From a virus: a stretch of DNA of 64,000 nt. This document shows, one piece after another, positions 45,501 to 54,548 of this stretch. Under the pieces are notes generated by a model. That model made no database searches. It saw nothing but the letters and a program-made list of their open reading frames with translations, and was not told the origin of the DNA. The stretch is taken from IMG/VR virus record IMGVR_UViG_3300032893_000005, positions 1-64,000 of that record; one strand, given 5' to 3'. A program made the position numbers and the translations under genes. How positions within the stretch are numbered: position 1 is the stretch's first letter; each line of letters opens with the position of its first letter.

Positions 45501-45951
45501 GAAGGCCATCTTCAAGGTCTTCAAGGAAGACGTAACACCGCTTACGCTACCGATCTTGGCAGACCGTAGGCTCATCGCGCAGCGCGGCAACTACCTGGTA
45601 TACAAGGACCCAAACAGTAAGAAGCTTGATAACGCACCGCTCATAACGCCTAGCGACTACGAAGTATATGCAGAGGACGAAGACCTCACTGCTACCGTTG
45701 CAATGGTCGCGTACGTGACTGAGTGCGAGGAGAAGTCGTTCGCTGAAGGTTCAAAGACCATGATGAAGCTTACCCTTGAAGCCGGAGACTCGACCATCGA
45801 AACGGTAAAGTTCCCATCATGGGGAGAGACTGAACATGGGGTTGACAAAGACATAGATGGAAGCGTAGCATTGATTGTGATGACGAAGAAGTTCCAGAAG
45901 AACTTCGTAATCGATAAGATCATGAAGCTCGAGAAGATCGAAAACTTCTAA
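42502..45951 (+). CDS. dnaE: DNA polymerase III alpha subunit (C family)
   Basis: PHP HSHTHYSLDG; RGSAGG; FERFL; PDVDMD; KLDLLGL; YSFNKSH; no intein seen. Confidence 0.96.
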   Translation: MSYFKQLINPHSHTHYSLDGAATVEDVVKRTKELGATHVAVTEHGNMNSALELFEKAGKSGLKPICGIELYVQSPFLEELRKIVTFEVQQSGKIKDAEDLEKKVEKAMKNEYVHLTVHFKDEWAYQYFCKLTPAMEERAVVKWGERKPIATLEEIRGAAGHITICSSCLIGMTQKFILPRKKSGIATPELAEKAYRIIREIAGKDDFYVEIFPHEITHEWSRPDKDKPGTGKFVPHECTQYAPDGDIQKPANEFMIHLANKYNDPIIVSLDSHFAYPEQKIVQDARLGNGDENWKFYNSYHILTSQEAFQSLNKTLKVDKKTFEGWIDNSYKFGSRFDNFKLVTSKQRWVLQPLPPNWQELLLKYIEAFGRMDWNNQAMLERLKYEIDVLANNGKLNLMSYFFTVMDIAEFCRNNDVLMNVRGSAGGVLLLYLVGVSAVNPLKHNLSFERFLTTGRIKANTLPDVDMDISDQDKVFEYLTNKYGDAFCRISVDSQLKLKSSIQDAERVKFGKVRPETMKLCKSIKAAPTGMDDYLYVFGGVDQQGNPVIGLLETHKGLKDYAENNPEVWKQVVEMLGIIRQKSQHACGVVIADRPVQDYVPVTKVGGVRVTGFSPKQLEAAGLVKLDLLGLNTLRDMNLCLKLIKERHGVTLDWSNLPYDEECFRWFAEGKVAGVFQFDSFTAIPLLKGIKPRDIDGLSATTALGRPGTTDAPESATSSRTLADVFVARAQGEKIRYVNDDLEPILKETYGIALYQEQTIQIFRDLANYTAEDGEGVRRGIGKKDADLLAKYTKDLKDKVLARGWTEEQVQLLMDQIMASSRYSFNKSHSTSYAYVAYAGMYLKIHYPLEFWTSILTFASKKDLKDYWTHVEDFVKYPDVNRSKETFQIAKREDGTEYIQSPINLIDGVGPATAKEIINKAPYASLEDFVKRINRRIVNKKIVTRLVFSGTMDCLMPAGLNDAEKLDLYLQTKALVDNEKKEAVPAQYLSFTPLMNFLFKKAIFKVFKEDVTPLTLPILADRRLIAQRGNYLVYKDPNSKKLDNAPLITPSDYEVYAEDEDLTATVAMVAYVTECEEKSFAEGSKTMMKLTLEAGDSTIETVKFPSWGETEHGVDKDIDGSVALIVMTKKFQKNFVIDKIMKLEKIENF

Positions 45952-45960
45952 GGAGAAAAG

Positions 45961-46740
45961 ATGCCAGAACAAACTACCAAGACTCTTCGCGAAGAGTACT
46001 TGAAGGCCAAGCAACTCTCGAAGATGAACATCCAGGACGGAAGTCCAGAGACGAAGTTCCAGCGCGAAGGCGCAAAGAACAGAGCCGTGAGCACTCTTCC
46101 CAACATAGAGAGAGACCTGCTTGCGCGGATCACCCGCGACTCCGTAACCGTAGTGGTTACCGAAGACGCAGACGCCTTAGCCTTGGCTAGCCAGCTCGCG
46201 ACTGAGAACGACAACGTCGTGTGCTTGGGCTACAAGGACATCGATCGTCTGATTGCTCAGACCCTTTACCCGAAGGACCTCGCCGCCGGTTACCCGATCA
46301 ACGCTGAGTTCGTCTCGCGGCTGAACTCCCTCCTGGCCGGAGACGTATCTTACCAGATCGGAGCTGACTACATGCCAGCGGTGAAGCCAGCAGCTACCCT
46401 CTACGGAGTTGCCAAGACTCGTGAGGAACTTACCAAGAAGATCACGATCATGCTCCGTGGGGCCTATGGTACCGAGCTGAACCGGATCTACCTCACGAAG
46501 CGCCTCAACGAAGAGATCTTTAAGCGAATCGACAACGACAAGATCATCGCGATCTTGGTCGAAGTTCCTCTCGAGTTAGTCAAGGAGATCGGTAAAGCTA
46601 CCGGTCGCTCGGTGGTTCTCACCACCTCCAACTACCCCGGCGCCATCCAGTATGACCCGGCTATGACAGCGACACAACTGCGCTCGGCTATTGCCAAGGC
46701 CGTGACCGCAGCAAACAAAGGCACGAAAACCAAAAACTAA
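45961..46740 (+). CDS. Hypothetical protein
   Basis: 259-aa ORF with AAGGAG SD. Confidence 0.65.
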   Translation: MPEQTTKTLREEYLKAKQLSKMNIQDGSPETKFQREGAKNRAVSTLPNIERDLLARITRDSVTVVVTEDADALALASQLATENDNVVCLGYKDIDRLIAQTLYPKDLAAGYPINAEFVSRLNSLLAGDVSYQIGADYMPAVKPAATLYGVAKTREELTKKITIMLRGAYGTELNRIYLTKRLNEEIFKRIDNDKIIAILVEVPLELVKEIGKATGRSVVLTTSNYPGAIQYDPAMTATQLRSAIAKAVTAANKGTKTKN

Positions 46741-46751
46741 GGAGAAAACAT

Positions 46752-47876
46752 ATGTCAGTTGGCTCATACGATCCCAACAAACCCCGCCAAGGCGGATACG
46801 GTCCCAAGAAAGTTCGCCTGGGGTTCAACCGTCAAACGAACCTGATCGTCGCTCGTCCCCTACCCCCGTTCGGGTCTCTCAAGGACAGCAACTCGATCAT
46901 GTTCTTCTGGTCAGTGATCTGGCTGGAAGGTTCCGGCGGCAAGAAGTTCCCGACCGCTTCCATCCAACGGAAGAAGAACAAGCAGATCGTTCAGGCCGAT
47001 CCTATCCTCGAGAAGGCCGCAGCGATGAAGACTATGATCGAGAACGCCCAGAAAGCGGGCGAGAATCCTCAGGTCATCGCTCAGATGCTCGAGAAGGTGA
47101 ACTCCCTGGCGCCTGACAACAAGTGCTACTTAAACGTGCTGACCCCCGACGGTCAGATCGCGATCCTGAAGATCCCATGGACTGCATGGACTCAGTTAGA
47201 AGAGAAGCTGAAGAAGCTCTCCTCCCAAGGTCTGGACGCAGTAGGAACCGGCCCCAACAGCGGACTCTTCTTCGAGTTCAAGCGCTGGAAGGACGACAAG
47301 GGAAAGACTCAGTTCTCCGTGGAGCCCGTTACCGAGCTGAAGCGTGATCCCGTCACCGGCATCATCAACCCGAGCTACAAGTTCGCGCCCCTGGACGAGA
47401 TCGTCCTGAAGCGCATCGAAGCCGAGGCTTCTGACCTCACGAAGCTCTACGAGACCCGCTCTGTAGAAGAGCAGGCCCAGCTCGCTACCCTGGACCCGGC
47501 TGTGATCAGCCGCGTGATGATGAAGTCGCGACAGGCACAGGACGACGGTGACAACGATGAGCCGGATGATACTCCGACTCAGACCCTCACCGGATACCAG
47601 ATGCCGACTACGCCCGCTGCACCTACTACACCGGCTGCTCCTGTTGGAGCCCTAGGTGCTCTGGGGGTTCAGTCGCAGATGCCCAGTACGCCAGTCCAGC
47701 CCGTTGCACCTCCTCCTCCCGCTCCGGCAGCTCCGGCAGCTCCAGCAGCCGCAGCTCCTGCTCAGACACCGACTGCTCCCACGGCACCAGCGTTCCCGGC
47801 AGCGCCAGGCATCCCTGACGACGTGAGGAAGTTCCTGTTCAATAACCAAGCCGCTCAGTCAGGAGCTAAAACCTAA
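46752..47876 (+). CDS. Probable single-stranded DNA-binding protein (gp32-like)
   Basis: R.LPP...YLNV....I.ILK...F.FKR; acidic then Pro/Ala tail; precedes UvsY-like and RecA genes. Confidence 0.6.
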   Translation: MSVGSYDPNKPRQGGYGPKKVRLGFNRQTNLIVARPLPPFGSLKDSNSIMFFWSVIWLEGSGGKKFPTASIQRKKNKQIVQADPILEKAAAMKTMIENAQKAGENPQVIAQMLEKVNSLAPDNKCYLNVLTPDGQIAILKIPWTAWTQLEEKLKKLSSQGLDAVGTGPNSGLFFEFKRWKDDKGKTQFSVEPVTELKRDPVTGIINPSYKFAPLDEIVLKRIEAEASDLTKLYETRSVEEQAQLATLDPAVISRVMMKSRQAQDDGDNDEPDDTPTQTLTGYQMPTTPAAPTTPAAPVGALGALGVQSQMPSTPVQPVAPPPPAPAAPAAPAAAAPAQTPTAPTAPAFPAAPGIPDDVRKFLFNNQAAQSGAKT

Positions 47877-48382
47877 TGAGCGAACCAGTTGGAGTCCAGA
47901 ACTACTTGGAGTTGATTACCGGAGACGGTAAGAGCACCTTCAAGCTGGACTTCACTAAACTCAACCAAGTGGAGAGTCGAATCGAAGAGGTTCGGCTCGC
48001 CAATCCCCTCACCCTTCCAGACCTCATCGTTGACTTTACAGTAGCGATGAGTAAGGCCGCCGACTTGATCGGTCAAGTTGAGGTCGAGCTTAGGACAGCT
48101 CAGAGAGAGCTTGACATAACCGAGTCTATCGCCCTACTCGAGAGAGTCGAGATGGTGCTCAAGGATAAGAAGGTTAAGTCTAGCGCAGACACACGCAAGG
48201 CCGCAGTAGCCTTGGACAAAGAAGTTATGGCTGCCAGGGAGCGCGTCGACGTGTTGACTGCCGTGTCGAAGCTCCTGTCTAACAAGAGACTGGCGGTCGA
48301 GATGGCCTACTACAGCGCCAAGAAGGTGTGCGAGTACAACGCACTGCCCCTCTCAACACGAAACCTAGCAGGTGGAAGATAA
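47876..48382 (+). CDS. Probable UvsY-like recombination mediator
   Basis: Helical 168 aa between SSB and RecA. Confidence 0.5.
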   Translation: MSEPVGVQNYLELITGDGKSTFKLDFTKLNQVESRIEEVRLANPLTLPDLIVDFTVAMSKAADLIGQVEVELRTAQRELDITESIALLERVEMVLKDKKVKSSADTRKAAVALDKEVMAARERVDVLTAVSKLLSNKRLAVEMAYYSAKKVCEYNALPLSTRNLAGGR

Positions 48383-49398
48383 TGGATTTCTTATCGAAGC
48401 TTAAGAAAGATGCAGCAAAGCTCGTAACTGGAGCCCGTGAGAGTTGGATTGCCAGGACTGCAAGCGGCGCCTTGAATTACCTGTACGGTAAGCTCATGGG
48501 CATGAAGTCTGGCTACACGCAGCTCCTGTACGGACCTCCGAAGTCTGGTAAGTCACTGATCGCGTTTGCCTACGCCGGTCAGCTTCATAAGGATGATCCA
48601 GAAGCGATCGTCCTTCACTTCGACACTGAGTTCCGTGACAACGTGGACACTTGGGTTGAAGCGTTCGGTATCGACAAGAACCGGTTCATATCGCGTCAGA
48701 CGAACAACCCGGTCGAGATCTTCGATTACATAGCGAACGAAGTTAAGGCCATGCTACAAGACGGTGCTCCGATCAAGATGATCATCATCGACTCGCTCGC
48801 CATGATCAACTACCCGAAGGAAGCCAACCGCGAGAAGACTACAGACTTCGTCATGGGCGATGCTGCCGCATACTTAGGTCCAGCAATGAAGCTGATCTTG
48901 CCAGTCATCAGAACCTTCAAGATCGCCCTCATCCTGTGCCAACACGTACGCGATAACATGGACCCCAACACGGCTAAGTATCGTCCGTACGTCATCCCTG
49001 GCGGCAAAGCACTCAAGCACTCTGTCGAGTACTGGGTTCTCTGCGAGAAGGTGAACTCTAAGGACTCGAAGACGTTCGACAGCGACAAGAAGGATGGAGC
49101 CGGTAATCCGATCCAGACAGGACATACGATCCGCGTAAGGATGGAAGAGAACTCGCTTGGACCTCAGAACAGGGCCGTAGAGATTGACCTGTCCTACACG
49201 CGTGGTATCATCAACCACGGCAAGGCCATCGCCGAGATAGCCATCAACATGGGCATCGTAGAGAGGCCGAACAACGTGCAGTACGTCTACGAAGGAAAGA
49301 AGTGGCAGGGCGCTGCGAACTTCGAGGAAGCTGTCGAGCAAGACACCGACCTCCAGCACAAGCTGGTCAACGCCATCAGAGACAACGACTTAACTTAA
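48382..49398 (+). CDS. recA: RecA/UvsX recombinase
   Basis: GPPKSGKS, DTE, IIDSL, Q.R, PGGKALKH; start ATG 48382. Confidence 0.9.
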   Translation: MDFLSKLKKDAAKLVTGARESWIARTASGALNYLYGKLMGMKSGYTQLLYGPPKSGKSLIAFAYAGQLHKDDPEAIVLHFDTEFRDNVDTWVEAFGIDKNRFISRQTNNPVEIFDYIANEVKAMLQDGAPIKMIIIDSLAMINYPKEANREKTTDFVMGDAAAYLGPAMKLILPVIRTFKIALILCQHVRDNMDPNTAKYRPYVIPGGKALKHSVEYWVLCEKVNSKDSKTFDSDKKDGAGNPIQTGHTIRVRMEENSLGPQNRAVEIDLSYTRGIINHGKAIAEIAINMGIVERPNNVQYVYEGKKWQGAANFEEAVEQDTDLQHKLVNAIRDNDLT

Positions 49399-49403
49399 AC
49401 TTA

Positions 49404-49469
49404 GGAGCCTTCGCGCTCCGCCTGGGCAGCTTGCGAACCCCCTCCATCGCGGCTGCCCAGTTCTTTCTT
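49404..49469 (+). terminator. Two hairpins; second is terminator-like with a CCCCCTCC loop
   Basis: GGAGC/GCTCC; CTGGGCAGC..GCGA-ACCCCCTCCA-TCGC.GCTGCCCAG followed by TTCTTTCTT. Confidence 0.6.
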
Positions 49470-49478
49470 ACGGTGACT

Positions 49479-50450
49479 ATGGAAGTTTCTGAGAAGATAG
49501 AGAAGTTCTTCAATAAGTACGGCATAGAAGCCAGGTACGAGACTTCCAGAAGCTACGTGTTTGACTGCCCTGCCTGCGGAGGCTCTGAGAAGTTATACGT
49601 CGAGAAGGCTACTGGCAAGACGATTTGCTTCAAGGGCGAAGATCACTCCTGTCCGAAGCCGTCCGATAAACTAGAGTTCTGCATGTCGATCGTGTCCGGG
49701 CTAGACCTGGACATGGTTAAGACTGAGTTTGAGCAGGGGCTCCTTCAGGTAGGCGACACGCTCGACATATCGTTTGACGATAAGCCGAAGGTCGCGGACG
49801 TAAAGACCATAGAACCGATCAGCCCCGGCGACCTCCCTCAAGACATCGCACCTATCTCTGCCGACATCTCAGCGCCTGGAAGGGCGTACTTGGAAGGTCG
49901 CGGGATAACCTTTGACATGATGAAGAAGTACGGGATCATGTACGCCTTCGGAGCCCGCCGAGTTATCTTCCCGGTCATCATGGACAACAAGATATACGGG
50001 TATCAGGGCCGAGCGATCGACCCGGTCGACAAGAAGGACCGGATGAGGAACCTTCCTGGTGAATGGAAGTCAAAGACTCTCATGTTTCGCGATAACTTGG
50101 TCGGGTCAGAGCACATCATCATCGCAGAAGGCCCTATCTCGGCACTGAAGTTCGAGCAGGTCGGAGGCTTCGTAGCCACGATGGGCAAGCTCGTAAGCCT
50201 AGATCAGATGCAGATGATCAAGAACTCTGGCGTGAAGAAGGTCTACATGGCCCTTGACCGTGACGCAGCGGACAACACTAAGAAGCTTCGCGACTACTTT
50301 CTCATAGAGAACAACATGCCCTGCTACTTGATCGAGGTCCCCGACCATCGGGATGACTTCGGTGACTGCACCTTCGAGGAGTGCGCTGCGGCATTTAAGG
50401 ACGCAAGGCTCGTTGCCAGAGATGAGCTTTTCCTGTACATTGAGGACTGA
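49479..50450 (+). CDS. DNA primase (zinc finger + TOPRIM)
   Basis: CPAC..C..C; YLEGRGI; GYQGRAI; EG; DRD. Confidence 0.88.
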   Translation: MEVSEKIEKFFNKYGIEARYETSRSYVFDCPACGGSEKLYVEKATGKTICFKGEDHSCPKPSDKLEFCMSIVSGLDLDMVKTEFEQGLLQVGDTLDISFDDKPKVADVKTIEPISPGDLPQDIAPISADISAPGRAYLEGRGITFDMMKKYGIMYAFGARRVIFPVIMDNKIYGYQGRAIDPVDKKDRMRNLPGEWKSKTLMFRDNLVGSEHIIIAEGPISALKFEQVGGFVATMGKLVSLDQMQMIKNSGVKKVYMALDRDAADNTKKLRDYFLIENNMPCYLIEVPDHRDDFGDCTFEECAAAFKDARLVARDELFLYIED

Positions 50451-52078
50451 TGAGCGATAAGAAAACCGACTACACATTTGAGTTTACTCCGGCTTACCAA
50501 GAAGCAATCGTCGGCTACTGCCTTACTGACGCCAAGTTCTTTCACCGCTGCATGAACAAGATCAAGGCTGAGTGGTTTACCTGCAGCCCTACCACGATCT
50601 CAATCTACACTCAGATGGTCGCATTCTACACTCGGCACGGATACGCTCCGAAGTGCATGGAAGTCGGAGGGATCGCCCTCCCTGAGGAGATGCTGAACGA
50701 GACGTGGTTCCTGCAGCAGTCGACCCAAGACCGCGAGAAGATCAAGACCGAGATCGTAAAGTGCATCGCTTCTCGGCAAGCAGTAAACTTCGAGACTCTG
50801 CAGAAGCAGATGACTGGCTGGCTTCGCAAGAAGATGCTGATGGAAACTCTCAGCATCGGTGCTAGCAAGCTCAACAAGAACGGGTACGACGACTCGTACG
50901 AGTGGACGTCCAAACGAGTGAAGGACATCATCGATGCATCCTTCTTCGATGAGTTTAAGACTGAGAGCTTCGAGGGCCTCCTCGAGTTCTTCCAGAAGAC
51001 TGACCCGAACAGTAGGTCGATCTCGACCGGAAGTAAGATCCTAGACAAGAGTCTAGGCGGTGGTCTATTCAAGGGTGAGACTTGCGCAGTCATGGCACCG
51101 ACGAACATGGGTAAGAGTAAGGCCCTCCTAACGATGGCAAGGCACGCTGCCGTTCAGGGATACAAGACCTTGCTGATTAGCCACGAGGATAACGCGAGCA
51201 AGATCAAGGAGCGCCTGACGGCATCGTTCGTCGGCCTTCCTCCCAAGTTCATCAGGTTTGCGCTTGCGAAGGATCACGTCAACTTCGGCGTACCGGCTGA
51301 CAAGATGGAAGCAGTTCACAGGTACGTCGTCCATCAGATCCAGCTTGCAGAAGAACTCATAGGAAGAAACCTTGTCTACTTGCCGTACATCAAGACTGGC
51401 AAGATGTTCGTTGAAGACCTGATCGTAGAGATCCAGCGCCTTCAAGAGAACGAGATCATCAAGACCGGCAAGGGCTTTGACATGATCGTGGACGACTATC
51501 CGAAGAAGCTCCGCCTGAAGAGCCGAGCTGGTGGTAAGGAAAGCCTCTACCGAGCTGAGCTGGCTGATATCTACGACATCTTTAACCAGCTAGCGGTCGA
51601 ACTTGACGCACACTGTCTAGTAGCCATCCAGGTCAACCGGGTCGGTGCCCAGATGAACAAGGGTAAGGTTGAGAACGACCGCTTCCTCGGCAACGAGGAG
51701 ATAGACGAGTCCTACGGCATCGCTCAGAACATGGGGCAAATCATCACCCTTAACAGGTCTGACGACGACAAGGGTATGAACATCCTCCACTACAACATTC
51801 CTAAGTCCAGGAACGAGAGCAACGACATCTCCGTCACGACCAGATCCGACTACGGAGCTAACCTGCTCCACGGCGACTGGGAGATGTTCCAGAAGTACGG
51901 CTCCCTTATCCTCAACAAGCCTCTCGGGTCTAACGGCTACAGCAACAACCTGAAGAGACCAGCGATAGTTTCAGATAAGGACTTGAACGAAGCTGAGGCC
52001 AATGCTAAGATTGCAATTAACCACTACCTTCAAACGAATCAGGAGCTGGCATGTTACCTACAAACTCTTGGAAGATAA
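50450..52078 (+). CDS. DnaB-like replicative helicase
   Basis: APTNMGKS, SHE, IVDDY, Q.NR, KSR. Confidence 0.88.
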   Translation: MSDKKTDYTFEFTPAYQEAIVGYCLTDAKFFHRCMNKIKAEWFTCSPTTISIYTQMVAFYTRHGYAPKCMEVGGIALPEEMLNETWFLQQSTQDREKIKTEIVKCIASRQAVNFETLQKQMTGWLRKKMLMETLSIGASKLNKNGYDDSYEWTSKRVKDIIDASFFDEFKTESFEGLLEFFQKTDPNSRSISTGSKILDKSLGGGLFKGETCAVMAPTNMGKSKALLTMARHAAVQGYKTLLISHEDNASKIKERLTASFVGLPPKFIRFALAKDHVNFGVPADKMEAVHRYVVHQIQLAEELIGRNLVYLPYIKTGKMFVEDLIVEIQRLQENEIIKTGKGFDMIVDDYPKKLRLKSRAGGKESLYRAELADIYDIFNQLAVELDAHCLVAIQVNRVGAQMNKGKVENDRFLGNEEIDESYGIAQNMGQIITLNRSDDDKGMNILHYNIPKSRNESNDISVTTRSDYGANLLHGDWEMFQKYGSLILNKPLGSNGYSNNLKRPAIVSDKDLNEAEANAKIAINHYLQTNQELACYLQTLGR

Positions 52079-52512
52079 CCGCGATCGTGGGCATAGTCGC
52101 CCTTGTCGTCGGTTACGGAACCGCACGCATGACCGTGCCTACGAAGGTCGTCACTAAGACCCAGGAAGTCATCAGGACCGTAACGGTCGAGAACAAGGAT
52201 CAAGTTACGACAGAGACTACGATCAAGAAGCCCGACGGCACCGTGATCACTCAAGAAAGAACAGAGGACAAAGACCTCATCACCACGCACGAAGATGAGT
52301 CCATCAAGGTAGATAAGACCGTGACAAACGAGAAGCCGAGCTGGATGATCTCCGGCGGTTACGGATACGACTTCGGCGGCGGTACTCCCACTCCTACTTA
52401 CATGTTCCAAGCTCAGAAGCGAATAATTGGGAACATCTTTGCCGGTGGTATGGTCAACACCAACCTCGGGAACAGAACTAGCGGCCTGCTGACTGTAGGG
52501 TTCGAGTTCTGA
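52051..52512 (+). CDS. Membrane-anchored protein with C-terminal beta-strands ending in Phe
   Basis: N-terminal TM, Thr/Val/Lys-rich stalk, amphipathic strands ending GLLTVGFEF. Confidence 0.65.
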   Translation: MLPTNSWKITAIVGIVALVVGYGTARMTVPTKVVTKTQEVIRTVTVENKDQVTTETTIKKPDGTVITQERTEDKDLITTHEDESIKVDKTVTNEKPSWMISGGYGYDFGGGTPTPTYMFQAQKRIIGNIFAGGMVNTNLGNRTSGLLTVGFEF

Positions 52513-52724
52513 TGAAGAAGGAAGGGGTCTCACCACATGACCTCGAGAAGTCTCTCAACCAGAGAGACTTTAGCCAGGTAAAAGACCTGGCACTGGCTAG
52601 GTTTAGGGAGACGATGCCCGACAGGCACAGTCCAGACAACCACATGGCGAGCTGCTACACGCATGGGGTCCTGATACTACTTGCGTCCAAAGGATACGAA
52701 CTTGTCAAGAAGGAGACAAAGTGA
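52512..52724 (+). CDS. Hypothetical protein
   Basis: Coupled ORF. Confidence 0.5.
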   Translation: MKKEGVSPHDLEKSLNQRDFSQVKDLALARFRETMPDRHSPDNHMASCYTHGVLILLASKGYELVKKETK

Positions 52725-53731
52725 GCACCACAAGTAAGAGTAAGTTTAAGATCAAGAAAGTCACCAAGTTTGATGACCTGCTCGGCGAAGCAGGAAGCAA
52801 GGTTGAGCTTCCTACCTCAGACCTATGCCTCACTTCTGACACAGTGATCGCCCAGTTCGACTACGAAGAGGGCGACGAACAAGAGGAGCAGAAGAAGATC
52901 AAGGTTCATCCTGGCATCTACACGATGACCATGACTATGGCTGGTATGCGGCTGGATCAGACTGAGCTTCGCACTGACGAGCTGCTTGCTGGGGTTGCAA
53001 ACACGACAACGATCGTCAACCAGGGAAAACACTTCTTCAAGAAGCTCCACGTCTACCAGAAGCGCAAGCGCCCGGCAAAGCGCTCGATCTTGTTCTACAG
53101 CGGACCCGGCATGGGCAAGAGCGCAGCCATCCGCTTCTCGATCAAGGAGCTGGTCGCAGAAGATCCTGGAACCGTTGCCTTGATCTGGCCGTCTTCTGAA
53201 GTAAAGCCTGAGCACGTTGGGCGCTTCTTCACCTTCAACGCTGAATATGTCCAGGGATGTACCCGAGTCATCCTGGTCGTAGAAGAGATCGGCGGCAGCG
53301 AGGAAGATGGGGCACACGCAAGGCGTGAGGTTAGCGCTGGACTACTCAACTTCCTGGACGGCATCAACGTGACCTTCAAGCTCCCTACCTTCATCGTAGC
53401 TACCACGAACTACCCGCAGAACCTCCTGAAGGAACTCGCGGATCGCCCTGGTCGCTTCGACCGACTCATCGAGCTGGACCCGCCGTCACTGGCCGAGAAG
53501 ATCAAGCTTCTTGAGTTCTTCGAAGGTCGACCTTTGAACGAGTCCGAGCAAGCTGCGCTCGCCGCTAACGACGCCAAGGACCTCAGCATAGCGCATATCC
53601 AAGAGATCGGCATACGCGCCGAGATCGAGGACCTATCCTTCGAGGAAGTCATCAGGCAGATGGTCGAACATCGTGCTCGCTTCGCCAAAGGATTCGACAA
53701 GAAAGGATCGCTGGGCTTACACCGTGACTGA
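52721..53731 (+). CDS. AAA+ ATPase (classic clade)
   Basis: GPGMGKS, VEEI, TTN, DRPGRFD. Confidence 0.88.
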   Translation: MSTTSKSKFKIKKVTKFDDLLGEAGSKVELPTSDLCLTSDTVIAQFDYEEGDEQEEQKKIKVHPGIYTMTMTMAGMRLDQTELRTDELLAGVANTTTIVNQGKHFFKKLHVYQKRKRPAKRSILFYSGPGMGKSAAIRFSIKELVAEDPGTVALIWPSSEVKPEHVGRFFTFNAEYVQGCTRVILVVEEIGGSEEDGAHARREVSAGLLNFLDGINVTFKLPTFIVATTNYPQNLLKELADRPGRFDRLIELDPPSLAEKIKLLEFFEGRPLNESEQAALAANDAKDLSIAHIQEIGIRAEIEDLSFEEVIRQMVEHRARFAKGFDKKGSLGLHRD

Positions 53732-53954
53732 AGTCTGGTCGATCATCTTCACCTACCAAGACCGGGAGGGACAGTACGTCCAGCGGGAAGTCTTTAGGTC
53801 GGAAGAGATCGCGGCCCTCAAGGTCTCAGCCGAGATCAGAACGCGCATAGAACGACTTGGCATGAAGTTCTACTGGAGCCAGGTCAAGAAGCTCGATGAC
53901 GCAGAGCTTCAAACACTCGAGGATTACGTTTACGAAGACGTCATGGTACACTAG
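53724..53954 (+). CDS. Hypothetical protein
   Basis: GTG-start ORF between the AAA and ClpP genes. Confidence 0.45.
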   Translation: MTEVWSIIFTYQDREGQYVQREVFRSEEIAALKVSAEIRTRIERLGMKFYWSQVKKLDDAELQTLEDYVYEDVMVH

Positions 53955-53960
53955 GGGCAT

Positions 53961-54548
53961 ATGTCAGCGAACAAACTTGACAGCATCAAGACAATCCATG
54001 AAGCCGACGTCGACGTTAAGAACCGTCGCGTCTACCTGTTTACCGACGTATCCCCTGACTCCGCTAGGAAGACGGTTCAGAGCCTTCACTTTCTTGACAA
54101 GACCGAAGGTGAGATCTACGTCTACTTTAACACTCCTGGCGGCGAGTGGGACGATGGGATCGCCATCTACAACGCCATATTACACTGTAAAAACACTATC
54201 ATAGGCGTAGTCATCGGGCAATGCTCGAGCATGGGCTCAGTCATCCTGCAGGCATGTGACCGTCGCGTAATTCATCAATACTGCTGCATGCTAGTCCACC
54301 CTGGAAGTGCCAGACACAGCTCAGTCGTTCCTGACTTCATCGAGCGGGCCGAGTTTGAGAAGAAGACGTTGGAGATTATGAACAGGATCTACTACGACCG
54401 CATGAAGCAGACGATCACTGATCCAGAAAACTTGCCATCGTTCAAAAAATTTGTTAGCTTTATATCGCGAGATCGCTACATCTTTGCCGAGGAAGCAGTT
54501 GAGCTTGGCTTGGTTGATGAGATGACGATTCTCGAACAGGAGGAGTAG
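53961..54548 (+). CDS. clpP: ClpP-like serine protease
   Basis: NTPGG, CSSMGS, MLVHP, RDRY..AEEAVELGLVD. Confidence 0.85.
   Translation: MSANKLDSIKTIHEADVDVKNRRVYLFTDVSPDSARKTVQSLHFLDKTEGEIYVYFNTPGGEWDDGIAIYNAILHCKNTIIGVVIGQCSSMGSVILQACDRRVIHQYCCMLVHPGSARHSSVVPDFIERAEFEKKTLEIMNRIYYDRMKQTITDPENLPSFKKFVSFISRDRYIFAEEAVELGLVDEMTILEQEE

Noticed and set aside
49302-49478. 59-aa N-terminal extension of primase / RecA-primase frameshift fusion
   Set aside because: The extension crosses the recA stop and a terminator-like hairpin, with no slippery site; ATG 49479 gives a normal primase.
42502-52078. Inteins in DnaE, RecA or DnaB
   Set aside because: Lengths are normal and no C...HN-C/S/T splice junction or LAGLIDADG motif was seen.
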